In this document: piece by piece, positions 26,322-35,473 of the stretch
How positions within the stretch are numbered: the stretch's first letter is position 1
How the letters are laid out: every line of letters starts with the position of its first letter
From: a bacterium
Lineage (GTDB): Bacteria > Bacteroidota > Rhodothermia > Balneolales > M1805
Assembly: GCA_006226965.1 (NCBI GenBank)
Contig: SBGQ01000167.1
Location: 21,484-85,483, forward strand
Direction: 5' to 3'
DNA: 64,000 nt
Notes under the pieces: model-generated
What the model was told of the DNA's origin: nothing
What the model saw: only the letters and a program-made list of their open reading frames with translations
The model's database searches: none
Program-made: the position numbers and the translations under genes

Positions 26322-26813
26322 ATGGAAGACGCTGTTTTAATTTTAGAAAAAGGGTTTTGGTTCGCAGCGGCAGCTATCGGCTTTGCCGCATTATTCAACG
26401 TTCCAAGACGCGTGCTTTGGGTAGTCGGATTGTTAGGTGCCTTAGGCGGAATCACAAAAACCTTGTTAATCACTCAGCATCAAAGTGTTATAGTAGCGTC
26501 TTTAGCGGGTTCTATTCTAATCGGAATTCTAAGCGTAATTGCTGCACACGGAAAACATGCGCCTCCTTTAATTTTTTCAATTCCGGCCGTTATCCCGATG
26601 GTTCCGGGAGCCTATATGTACCGTATGATGTTGGGCTTCATCAACTTAACAGCGACATTAAATAGTGAAAATTACGCGCAGTTGTTATACGATACGTTGC
26701 ACAATGCACTAAATGCCGTTTTTATTTTGATGGCATTGGCTTTGGGAGTTTCTGCACCGATGTTAGTTACCAGAAAAGAATCTGTTAAAAACTTAAAACT
26801 AAAACGAAACTAA
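26322..26813 (+). CDS. threonine/serine exporter family protein, C-type subunit (DUF3815)
   Basis: 163 aa polytopic membrane protein starting 1 nt after the upstream stop. This is the usual two-gene arrangement. Confidence 0.7.
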   Translation: MEDAVLILEKGFWFAAAAIGFAALFNVPRRVLWVVGLLGALGGITKTLLITQHQSVIVASLAGSILIGILSVIAAHGKHAPPLIFSIPAVIPMVPGAYMYRMMLGFINLTATLNSENYAQLLYDTLHNALNAVFILMALALGVSAPMLVTRKESVKNLKLKRN

Positions 26814-26824
26814 GATTCACCTTA

Positions 26825-26856
26825 TAAAAAAGGCCCAATCCGTAGTGAATTGAGCC
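26825..26856 (-). terminator. intrinsic terminator of the cyclase-M48 operon
   Basis: GGCCCAAT (26832-26839) pairs with ATTGAGCC (26849-26856) with one mismatch. The A-run 26825-26831 becomes a U-run on the minus-strand RNA. Confidence 0.5.
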
Positions 26857-26880
26857 TAAAATGCTTAGCGCAAACGTTGT

Positions 26881-28170
26881 TTATCTGATTCTTGCCTGCA
26901 TTTCTTTGAATTCACGGGTATAGGTTTCACCGCCGTTTATTCTAAGTTTTTTGAGTGATTTCTGCATGGCACGAATACGTTTTTCGAGCGGAGTTCCTGT
27001 CCATTCCATACTTCCGCGATTACGTTGGAAATCTGTTCCGGAACCTTTGAGTCGGGCTAAATAATCGATAGCTTCTTCCGGTGCATAACCGGCACGGAAA
27101 GCGTAAACCAATCCCCAATAATCAGCTTCGGTTTCGTAGTCTTCTAATCTTGGTTTAGAAATGTAATCGTACACTTCATCCGTCCAAGCCGATAGCTCTT
27201 CATCAACAGCTGTGTATTTTGTGGAGTCTTCATCTGCCAATTCACGGTCTAAGTCTTCAAATGCTTTTGCACTGTGCACACGTGGTCGGCGTTTTTCATA
27301 TTCCTGCATCCCATGTTCGAACGTTAAGTGAGCAATCTCATGTGCTAAAAAGTGCGCTAATTCGGCTTCGTTTTGCATCAGACGCAAAGCACCTTTTGAG
27401 ATAAAAATGTACCCGCCGGGAATTGCATAACCTAAAACTTCATCAGAATTTAATATGTGAACCTGAACAGGAGTTTCGTCACGATGTGAACTTTCAACGA
27501 TCATGAGTGCCATGTAATTCACATATTCTAACACTTGTTGGTCTTGGTATAGCCCGTCACTTGCCAATACAGATGCAATTGCAAAACCGGATTGATCTAA
27601 AGTTGGGTCGTGAGCAGGAACATCATCCATATCTAAGCGCAAATCAACTTTGCGATTGTACCAACGGGAGTCGCTCACACGGCTTTTTCTGAATCGTTTG
27701 TAATTCGCCCAATTGATTCGGTTTTCCATGTGCGGCGTTAGATTTAAGTTGGATGGTTTGCCTTTGTTTGCTTTGTATTTACGGGCAAATCCTTTTACAG
27801 CCGCTGCTACTTCCGCTTTAGAAGCGGTTAGGTTTTGAGCGCCGGGATTACTGCTCATTTCGCCGAACATTACATTCATTCGGTCGAGCATATTATTCGA
27901 TTTTTGGCTGGTACTTTTCGGAGTATCCTGTAAGGCAGAAGCCGGAACCCAACCTGTTTGTTCATCTAGTTGAATTTGTTGCCAACCGCTTTCAACAGCA
28001 ATAGGTTTTACCTGAGCGTTGGCGAAAATGCGACTAACAAAATCGTAGTATGCTCCCGGACCTGAACGAAGGTCAACCGTATACTTAGCGTATTTTACTT
28101 GTTGGTCCTGAGCCAACAGTGCGGATGTAAATCCGGCGAAAAGAAGGGTTAAAAGTAGCAGTCGTTTCAT
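26881..28170 (-). CDS. secreted M48-family zinc metalloprotease with an N-terminal SH3b-like domain
   Basis: 429 aa. Signal peptide, SH3-like region (VKYAKYTVDLRSGPG...GWVPASAL), and HEIAHLTFEH (HExxH) preceded by AIPGGYIFISKG. Confidence 0.75.
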   Translation of the reverse strand: MKRLLLLTLLFAGFTSALLAQDQQVKYAKYTVDLRSGPGAYYDFVSRIFANAQVKPIAVESGWQQIQLDEQTGWVPASALQDTPKSTSQKSNNMLDRMNVMFGEMSSNPGAQNLTASKAEVAAAVKGFARKYKANKGKPSNLNLTPHMENRINWANYKRFRKSRVSDSRWYNRKVDLRLDMDDVPAHDPTLDQSGFAIASVLASDGLYQDQQVLEYVNYMALMIVESSHRDETPVQVHILNSDEVLGYAIPGGYIFISKGALRLMQNEAELAHFLAHEIAHLTFEHGMQEYEKRRPRVHSAKAFEDLDRELADEDSTKYTAVDEELSAWTDEVYDYISKPRLEDYETEADYWGLVYAFRAGYAPEEAIDYLARLKGSGTDFQRNRGSMEWTGTPLEKRIRAMQKSLKKLRINGGETYTREFKEMQARIR

Positions 28171-28171
28171 A

Positions 28172-30307
28172 TTATTTGGTTTTTAGTTCAAAAACTCCGT
28201 TCCAGTCATCACCCGGCGGGTTAATGTGGAATTCATTTATTCTATTTAAATAGGTTAATGTTGGCCCGTCTTCGGGGAAGTCGAATAAAATACTCATGAA
28301 CTCTTTTTCGGCTTCATCAAATTTTCGATTGAAATAAAGATCCATCGCACGTTTATAGGTGTCTAATTTTTTTCCGTGTTTTGCAAGGTAATCGGCGTCA
28401 GCAGCTCTTGCCATCAATTCAAAAACTTTTACCGGCTTCGATTTGCCCTTTACGATTAAACGGTCTAATTCGCGGCATACGAAATGTTCTTTTACTAAAT
28501 CGTAAGTCGTTTCGGAAATCATCACCTGTGTGCCAAAATTTTTATTGGCCGGTTCCAGTCGAGCAGCAAGGTTTACAGAATCTCCCAATACCGTGTAGTT
28601 AAATCGTTCATTTGACCCAACGTTTCCAACAACCATTGCTCCTGTATTTATTCCGTAACGAGTGTGAGCTATAGGTTTCTTGGTTTTAGCCCATTTTACT
28701 CGCAGACGTTTCATTAAGTCTTGCATATCCATTACACAGGCACAAGCATTGTAAGCATGCTTAGGGTCATCGAGCGGGGCGCCCCAAAACGCCATAATAG
28801 CATCACCGATGTATTTATCTAAGGTTCCGCCGTGTTTAAATACGAGGTCGGTCATTTCAGCCAGATATTCATTCAAATAGGGAACAAGTTCATCCGGTTC
28901 CATTCCTTCCGAAATTGTTGTGAAACCTGCTAAATCGGAGAATAAAACGGTTAACTCTTTTTTCTCGCCGCCCAATTTGAGTAACTCGGGCTTTTCGATA
29001 ACCTTTTCAACCAATTCTTTGGGTACATAACGTGAAAAAGCCTGTTTGAGCCAAATCTTATTTTTGTCTTCCGTTACATATCGGGTTATAAAAGCGCTGG
29101 TTAGTGCGGTTGTAAATAATAAAAGCAGTTCAGCAGTCGGGAACCAAATTCGGTGTGACTCAAAAAGATACATTCCCAAAAATGCAGTTCCGGTTAACCA
29201 CAACATACTAATCGGGATATTCCATTTAGATCGAAGGTACATCACAGAAAAACTCAAAACGCCGATGCCGAATACAAGTAGTAGTATTCGCAAGGCATCA
29301 TTTAGTTTTATCAGATAATCCTGATGCAGAAGATTTGCAAATACGGTTGCCTGAATTTCAACGCCCGGGAAAGGTTCTAAGCGGGAAAACGGTGTTGCTT
29401 TGATGTCCGCCAAACCGGGCGCAGATGCACCGATAAACACCGTATGGCCTTTAACATCTACGGCAATATCGGGTGTTATAATTCCGGTTCTTTGCCATTT
29501 AATCGCTTTTTCTAAAACTCTGATTGCCGAAAACTGTGGGAATGTTCCGTCTTTTACACCGCCTTTTTTGTACCAATTAATCAGAAATAAATCATTGTAT
29601 TGAACAGGTGCAGAAACCTTATTAGAAAACTGAACAGCGTTAGTTTTTATGGTGATGGATTTATCTAAAAAGGGTAAAGCTGCAACAGATAAGGCGGGAA
29701 TCGCAGTTGAATCATGAAAAGAGAAGAGTTGTGTGTAACGAATTACGGCATCGTAAGAAGTTGGGATGGCCGCATTTCCGATACTTGTCGCAACATCGTA
29801 AAACATGGGAATGGGTTGCGAAGAATATAGATGAGAAAGGTCTTTCGGCGGTTTGTTTGCAACTTGATAGGTGCCGTCAACCATTGCGGTGTTAAACTCG
29901 GAAAGTTGTGAAGCAAGAACGATTTCACCGCTCGATGCAATATTTTGTGCAAAAAAGGCGTCGGAATCTGCTCCTGAACTTTGAGCACGAACGAAATCAG
30001 GTTGGTCGAACAACACATCGAATACTACTTTTTGTGCTCCGTTTGCACGTAGAAATGCGGCAATAATTCCGTGAATCTCGCGAGGCCAAGGCCAATACAC
30101 TTGCAGACGTCGCCCCATTTCTTCAACGCTGGTTTGGTCAATCATCACAAGAGAAACATCATTATGAGGATAGGCTCGCTGAAATCGTATGAAATGGTCG
30201 TCTAGTAAGGTGTGCTCTATGTACCTGAATGAACCGCTTCTGTCCAAACCCAAGCCGATAGCAGAAAGCACGATAAAAAGTAATATGGTAGTTGTTAACT
30301 TATTCAT
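28172..30307 (-). CDS. CHASE2-domain class III adenylate/guanylate cyclase with a C-terminal helical (TPR-like) tail
   Basis: 711 aa. CHASE2 hallmark VYWPWPRE, TM helices, and cyclase core LTVLFSDLAGFTT and KYIGDAIMAFWGAP. Its stop lies 1 nt before the M48 start. Confidence 0.85.
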   Translation of the reverse strand: MNKLTTTILLFIVLSAIGLGLDRSGSFRYIEHTLLDDHFIRFQRAYPHNDVSLVMIDQTSVEEMGRRLQVYWPWPREIHGIIAAFLRANGAQKVVFDVLFDQPDFVRAQSSGADSDAFFAQNIASSGEIVLASQLSEFNTAMVDGTYQVANKPPKDLSHLYSSQPIPMFYDVATSIGNAAIPTSYDAVIRYTQLFSFHDSTAIPALSVAALPFLDKSITIKTNAVQFSNKVSAPVQYNDLFLINWYKKGGVKDGTFPQFSAIRVLEKAIKWQRTGIITPDIAVDVKGHTVFIGASAPGLADIKATPFSRLEPFPGVEIQATVFANLLHQDYLIKLNDALRILLLVFGIGVLSFSVMYLRSKWNIPISMLWLTGTAFLGMYLFESHRIWFPTAELLLLFTTALTSAFITRYVTEDKNKIWLKQAFSRYVPKELVEKVIEKPELLKLGGEKKELTVLFSDLAGFTTISEGMEPDELVPYLNEYLAEMTDLVFKHGGTLDKYIGDAIMAFWGAPLDDPKHAYNACACVMDMQDLMKRLRVKWAKTKKPIAHTRYGINTGAMVVGNVGSNERFNYTVLGDSVNLAARLEPANKNFGTQVMISETTYDLVKEHFVCRELDRLIVKGKSKPVKVFELMARAADADYLAKHGKKLDTYKRAMDLYFNRKFDEAEKEFMSILFDFPEDGPTLTYLNRINEFHINPPGDDWNGVFELKTK

Positions 30308-30464
30308 TACCCTAAGTATTGAGGCCTCCGTACGTGGGTGAAAGTAAAAATTTATGGTGCAAATGCACAGAAATCATACAAATTATTCGGAAATGCTTTA
30401 AGGCAGATTCTTGTTACTTTTACAGAGGTTCATAAAACCTCTGAATGAATAAAAATTTAGTGTA

Positions 30465-31178
30465 ATGTCTCAGATTCAGGCGAAGATTTTATTGGTTGAA
30501 GACGAAGTTGAAGCTGCAGAAATGTTAGCCTCATTTCTCAAATTAAACGGCTTTCAGGTATTTGTAGCACACGAAGGTAAAAAAGCACTTGAGCTTATTG
30601 AAACCCATCGAAACGAAATAGAATTGGCGATTTTAGACATTATGGTTCCGTTTGTTGACGGAAAACAATTGTGTAGCCGAATCAGAAAAGATGAAGTTTT
30701 GCATGATATTCCGGTCATTTTCTTAACGGCAAAAGACAAAGAACGCGATGAAATTGAAGGCTTAAATTTGGGCGCCGACGATTATATCTCCAAACCGGCA
30801 GGCTTAAATCTGGTTCTCGCTCATGTGAAAACCTTATTACGCCGAAAAGGTGTTCAGACCAATCCCGATGACAAAAAAATCCAGTACGGGAAAGTGTGTA
30901 TCCATCCCGATCATTCCGAAGTTAAAGTTGACGGAAAACGTGTAGATGTAACAGCGACAGAATTTCAACTACTCAAATTATTTTTCACGAATCCGAAGCG
31001 CATTTTTAGCAGGCAAGATATTTTGCTTCAAATAATGCCGGAAGACCATTATGTATACGACAGAACCATTGATGTTCACATCAAAAATTTACGTATTAAG
31101 CTGGGTGAACACGGGGAGATTATAAAAACCTATCGGGGCTTAGGTTACGGAGTTAATAAAGATATGGCCGGTTTATGA
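30465..31178 (+). CDS. OmpR/PhoB-family response regulator
   Basis: 237 aa with a REC domain (LAILDIMVP) and a winged-helix C-terminus (TYRGLGYG). Confidence 0.9.
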   Translation: MSQIQAKILLVEDEVEAAEMLASFLKLNGFQVFVAHEGKKALELIETHRNEIELAILDIMVPFVDGKQLCSRIRKDEVLHDIPVIFLTAKDKERDEIEGLNLGADDYISKPAGLNLVLAHVKTLLRRKGVQTNPDDKKIQYGKVCIHPDHSEVKVDGKRVDVTATEFQLLKLFFTNPKRIFSRQDILLQIMPEDHYVYDRTIDVHIKNLRIKLGEHGEIIKTYRGLGYGVNKDMAGL

Positions 31179-32554
31179 GCATTCAGCGCAGATTATCTAT
31201 CATTTTTATCACCTTGTTAGTTTTTGGAGTTACCGCTGTTTCGAGTTATTCCATTGTTTTTATTCGTGATTATTTATTGAAATCGGGAATGGAAAGATTG
31301 GCGCGAGATACACGTTCGTATGCCATCGCTTTTCAAAATGTGGATTTGTCAGACACCAAAGAAGAATTGGAAGATTTTAAAGCCAATTCGGAATACGGTT
31401 TGGTTTTAGGTGATTTCCAGATGATTCAGGAATTGCTGGATAGAGTGAAAGCCAAGCCTGAAACACGTTCGATTATAAACTCAAAGTTTAAAATTCAACT
31501 GTATCACGATCGCCAAGATGAAATCATTTTTGCAATAACCCGATTAAGTGAACAAGAATATCTGGTGGTTACTCAATCAGAAGAAAAATTATTCGAACCG
31601 GTTAAAACCATTCGCTGGATTATCTATACCGGGATGTTTATTTCTATTGTGTTGATTTTGGTTGTGAGTACGGTTACAGCCCGATCGTTAACCAAACCGA
31701 TTCTCGATTTAACAGAATATGCTCAGGCAATTTCCGAAGGAAAAGAGGTTTCTAGTGTAGTTTTTTCCAGGAATGATGAAATCGGAACTCTAAATCAGGC
31801 ATTAAACCGAATGGCTTTAACTCTGAAATCAGACACCGAAAAATTGCAGGAAATGTACGACCGACACCGCCAGTTTTACGCGGACATCACACACGAAGTA
31901 AGAAATCCCTTGCATACAATCGGCGGCTCGTTAGAATTGTTAGAATTGGAACAATTACCGATAGAAGACCGCAAAAAATATATTGAAAATGCACAGTCTC
32001 AGTTACAGCGCATTAATCGTATGTTCAATGATTTATTGACCTTACAAAAGTTTGATTCCAACGAATACCGATTACACAAAACTGAATTTGATTTAACAAC
32101 ATTGCTGAAACGCGTTAAGCAAAGTTTCGACCTTCGAGCACAAAAAGCAGGAATGGAAATCCTTATTCCCAATAAACCCTATTTAGTTTGGGCTGACAAA
32201 GACAAAATTGAGCAAGTGTTTGATAATCTCGTTTCAAATGCCATTTTTTATTCAGGCGGAAAACTGCTGAAAATCAGTGCAAAAGCTATCGATAACGTAG
32301 TTCATATTTCGGTTTCGGATGATGGCATCGGTATTAAAGATGAGCAATTGAGCCATTTGTTTGTGCGATTTTATCGTGCTGATACGTCTCGTTCAAGAGA
32401 AAAAGGCGGTTCCGGACTTGGACTGGCTGTCGTGAAAAGTATAACGGATGCACATAAATCCGGCTTGGAAGTGCAAAGCAAAGAAGGTGAAGGCACAGTT
32501 TTTAGATTTGAATTAACTCTCGTACGTGAATCAAACCAAGAAGAAGAAATCTAA
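31175..32554 (+). CDS. sensor histidine kinase (TM-HAMP-HisKA-HATPase)
   Basis: 459 aa with H-box ITHEVRNPL and HATPase motifs (DDGIGI, GGSGLGLA). It overlaps the regulator gene by 4 nt. Confidence 0.9.
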   Translation: MSIQRRLSIIFITLLVFGVTAVSSYSIVFIRDYLLKSGMERLARDTRSYAIAFQNVDLSDTKEELEDFKANSEYGLVLGDFQMIQELLDRVKAKPETRSIINSKFKIQLYHDRQDEIIFAITRLSEQEYLVVTQSEEKLFEPVKTIRWIIYTGMFISIVLILVVSTVTARSLTKPILDLTEYAQAISEGKEVSSVVFSRNDEIGTLNQALNRMALTLKSDTEKLQEMYDRHRQFYADITHEVRNPLHTIGGSLELLELEQLPIEDRKKYIENAQSQLQRINRMFNDLLTLQKFDSNEYRLHKTEFDLTTLLKRVKQSFDLRAQKAGMEILIPNKPYLVWADKDKIEQVFDNLVSNAIFYSGGKLLKISAKAIDNVVHISVSDDGIGIKDEQLSHLFVRFYRADTSRSREKGGSGLGLAVVKSITDAHKSGLEVQSKEGEGTVFRFELTLVRESNQEEEI

Positions 32555-32561
32555 CCTAAAC

Positions 32562-32590
32562 AAAAAAGGCTGTCCGAAATCGCACAGCCT
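32562..32590 (-). terminator. intrinsic terminator of the minus-strand SBP gene
   Basis: AGGCTGT (32567-32573) pairs with ACAGCCT (32584-32590). The preceding A-run on the plus strand becomes a U-run on the minus-strand RNA. Confidence 0.55.
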
Positions 32591-32611
32591 CATCAATATT
32601 CGTTAAAAAAC

Positions 32612-33478
32612 TTAGTTTATAAACCAAAGGTCTTTATTATCGAGTGGAGTATTTTCGGGTAGAATGGGGTTTTTAAGCTTAATCAAGGTTTTAGAATCCA
32701 GTTTTGCTTTTAAAATTACACTTCCCATGTACTTTTGGAATGCTTTATCGAAACTTCCGTCTTTAACTGCTAATAAAAGTCCGTTTTCGATGCGGTCGGC
32801 AGCTTTTTTACCTTCAGGAGTTTTTTGCAAGAAGAAATAAATAGCAGTCGGGTAATACACATATACTTTACTTTGAGCTGTTAAGGGCTGGTCTTTATGC
32901 AAATCAATTTCTTCCCATATTTCAGCGATAGAGCGAGGGTAAGCATCGGCTGAACCATCAATTAAAGCGCCAATCATTTTTTCTTTTTGATCGAGTTCTT
33001 TCACTTTAAAGCCGTTTTTCTTCAAAATTTGAGTGTCCGGCCAATCGCTACCCTGAACCAAAATTTTGTCTTTTAACTGAGCTTCTGAGTTGACCATGCT
33101 TAAAGCATCGGCTTTGTTTTTGTTGATCATAAGCAAACGAATACCAAATAAACCTTTATAAAGCGGAACTCGAACAGGTGTGAAAACACGTTCACGAATA
33201 CCGTCGGTCATGGTTGGAACTACATACAATTCCGATTTGTCTTTCAAGGACTTAAGCGCATCACGCTGATCTAGATTAGAATCAAAGTCTGAAATGATTT
33301 CAAATTCACCATGAGTTGCTTTGGTTTTTTCTAGCGCTAATTTCAATAAAGTTAAATTGTATTCTTTTATGATATCCAACTCTTCCGTTGGGGGCATATA
33401 GTAGATAGTGAGTTTTTGTGCTTGGAGGGGAGAGAAAGCCAGTACTAAACCAAACATCAATATGAGGGCATGTTTCAT
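32612..33478 (-). CDS. periplasmic solute-binding protein, family 3, orphan
   Basis: Signal peptide MKHALILMFGLVLAFSPLQAQ and SBP_bac_3-like fold. I chose the ATG at 33478; the track start at 33490 is a TTG. Confidence 0.6.
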   Translation of the reverse strand: MKHALILMFGLVLAFSPLQAQKLTIYYMPPTEELDIIKEYNLTLLKLALEKTKATHGEFEIISDFDSNLDQRDALKSLKDKSELYVVPTMTDGIRERVFTPVRVPLYKGLFGIRLLMINKNKADALSMVNSEAQLKDKILVQGSDWPDTQILKKNGFKVKELDQKEKMIGALIDGSADAYPRSIAEIWEEIDLHKDQPLTAQSKVYVYYPTAIYFFLQKTPEGKKAADRIENGLLLAVKDGSFDKAFQKYMGSVILKAKLDSKTLIKLKNPILPENTPLDNKDLWFIN

Positions 33479-33652
33479 AGAAATCTCCAATAGATTTGCT
33501 GAGAGTTTGAGTAAAGTAATTTAAACAAACAAAACTTCACAAAAAAAGAATAAAGACATTTTTGACTTATTTTAACTTTTTCAACAGTTTTCATGTCTTT
33601 TGGTGAAATCAGATAAGAAAATTCAACATTGTTTTTTAGTTTTGGTACGCAA

Positions 33653-33805
33653 ATGGAAAACATGGAAAATCAAATAGAAAACGCTGACTCAAAGTTCAAA
33701 ATCTGGTTTAAAAAACTGGGTTGGGCAGGGTTTTTCTTTTTTTTGATTAAAGGTTTGGCGTGGATAATAATCCCGTTTCTTATTACTAAAGGATGTATGA
33801 GTTAA
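33653..33805 (+). CDS. possible 50-aa small membrane protein
   Basis: Below the track cutoff. MENMENQIENADSKFKIWFKKLGWAGFFFFLIKGLAWIIIPFLITKGCMS has one clear TM helix with positive charges on its N-terminal side. No similarity that I recognise. Confidence 0.35.
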   Translation: MENMENQIENADSKFKIWFKKLGWAGFFFFLIKGLAWIIIPFLITKGCMS

Positions 33806-33853
33806 GTTCTTGAATTCACAATGAGTTCATAAATACAGCCTAATTTTATAAGC

Positions 33854-34771
33854 ATGACACATAACAAAATTCGAATTGGAACGCGCGACAGTAAATTGGC
33901 AGTCTGGCAGGCAGAATGGGTTGCTACTCAACTTTTGGAATCGGGAATCGGTTCAGAACTAGTTTATATAAAAACCGAGGGTGATTTAGTTTTAGATACA
34001 CCACTACCTTTAATGGGCGGAAAAGGTGTATTTACAAAAGCTTTGGATGATGCTTTATTAAATGGTTCCATCGATATTGCTGTTCATTCATTCAAAGATA
34101 TTCCGACTGTTTTACCCGATGGAATTCAAATTGCGGCAGTTTGTGAGCGCCATGATGTACGTGATGCCTTAGTGGTTCGAACCAATGCCGATTTTTACGA
34201 TAAACAGGATTATGCAGGAATTATCGCAACCAGTTCAACCCGAAGAAAAGCACAATGGCTTAGACGTTACCCCTTGTTTTCTATAAGTGATATTCGCGGA
34301 AATGTGCAGACTCGCCTGAGAAAACTCTCTGAAAGTAATTGGGATGCAGCTATTTTTGCTTCTGCCGGATTAGAGCGTTTGGGTTTAGAGAATAAAATTG
34401 CAGTTAAATTAGACTGGATGGTTCCTGCTCCGGCTCAAGGTGCCGTTGCCGTTACCGCATTAACATCAAATAAAGAAGTGCTCGAATCGCTCAACGTTAT
34501 TCATCACGAAGCCACGTTCACATCAACACAAATTGAACGAGAGTTTCTAAATGTTCTTGAAGCCGGTTGTTCAGCGCCGGTTGGTGCTTTAGTAACGATT
34601 GATGAAACCGGTATTGAAGGATTTTTCCACGGAATTGTACTTAGCAGTGACGGAAAAGAAGCTATCGAAATAAGTGAGAAATTCAGTGTAAACAACTCGC
34701 TTCACTTTGGTAAAAAAATGGCGGAAAAAGCCTTGGAAAAAGGCGCATCTGCTTTATTGGTGCAAGGATAA
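33854..34771 (+). CDS. hemC: hydroxymethylbilane synthase (porphobilinogen deaminase)
   Basis: 305 aa with IRIGTRDSKLAVWQAEWV and HSFKDIPT. Confidence 0.9.
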   Translation: MTHNKIRIGTRDSKLAVWQAEWVATQLLESGIGSELVYIKTEGDLVLDTPLPLMGGKGVFTKALDDALLNGSIDIAVHSFKDIPTVLPDGIQIAAVCERHDVRDALVVRTNADFYDKQDYAGIIATSSTRRKAQWLRRYPLFSISDIRGNVQTRLRKLSESNWDAAIFASAGLERLGLENKIAVKLDWMVPAPAQGAVAVTALTSNKEVLESLNVIHHEATFTSTQIEREFLNVLEAGCSAPVGALVTIDETGIEGFFHGIVLSSDGKEAIEISEKFSVNNSLHFGKKMAEKALEKGASALLVQG

Positions 34772-34775
34772 ACTG

Positions 34776-35465
34776 ATGGGCAAGGTTTGGATAACCAGAA
34801 GTTTGCAGGATGAAGAGCGTATTTGGCTCAAAGAATCGGGCATATTGTTCGAAGAAGTTCCTGCAATTGAGGTTATTCTTCACCCGGTAGAAAAAGCTGA
34901 AATTCCGCATTCGCCTGCTTGGGTTTTTACATCGCAACATGCTGTAGATTGGGTTAAAGAATTAATTGATTCCGGGAATATGCAAGCAGATTGGTTGCCC
35001 GACCAATGGTTTGCTATCGGACAAAAAACAGCAAAAGCCATTCGTGATTTACAATTTGAGCCGATTATGCCCGATGCTGCTTATGGCGGGAATTTGGCAA
35101 CACTTTTAGATACCTACAAAGTGCGTTCAGTTTTGCATTTAACAGGAAACCTAGCTAGACCGGAATTAGCTCAGGCGTGTTTGCTTTTCGGAATTAATTA
35201 TCACGCCATACAGGTTTATCAAACCAAAATTTTAAAACCCGAGCAGTTTCCCACAGAATTACCTTCAGCAATTGCTTTTTTGAGTCCGAGTGCGGTTGAG
35301 GGATTTACATCAGAAGAAAAAGGACTCCAAATTTTAAAGAAAACAAATGTGTTTGCTATCGGAAAAACGACACAGGATGCCTTGTTTGAATTAGGTATTG
35401 AATCACGTATTCCTGAAAAAGCAAATTTCAAAGAATTGATGAATTTTATACACAGAGAAAGTTAG
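34776..35465 (+). CDS. hemD: uroporphyrinogen-III synthase
   Basis: I chose the ATG at 34776, 4 nt after the hemC stop. The track ORF from 34707 overlaps hemC. 229 aa with a VFTSQHAV-type motif, positioned between hemC and hemE. Confidence 0.7.
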   Translation: MGKVWITRSLQDEERIWLKESGILFEEVPAIEVILHPVEKAEIPHSPAWVFTSQHAVDWVKELIDSGNMQADWLPDQWFAIGQKTAKAIRDLQFEPIMPDAAYGGNLATLLDTYKVRSVLHLTGNLARPELAQACLLFGINYHAIQVYQTKILKPEQFPTELPSAIAFLSPSAVEGFTSEEKGLQILKKTNVFAIGKTTQDALFELGIESRIPEKANFKELMNFIHRES

Positions 35466-35473
35466 AAGAGACC

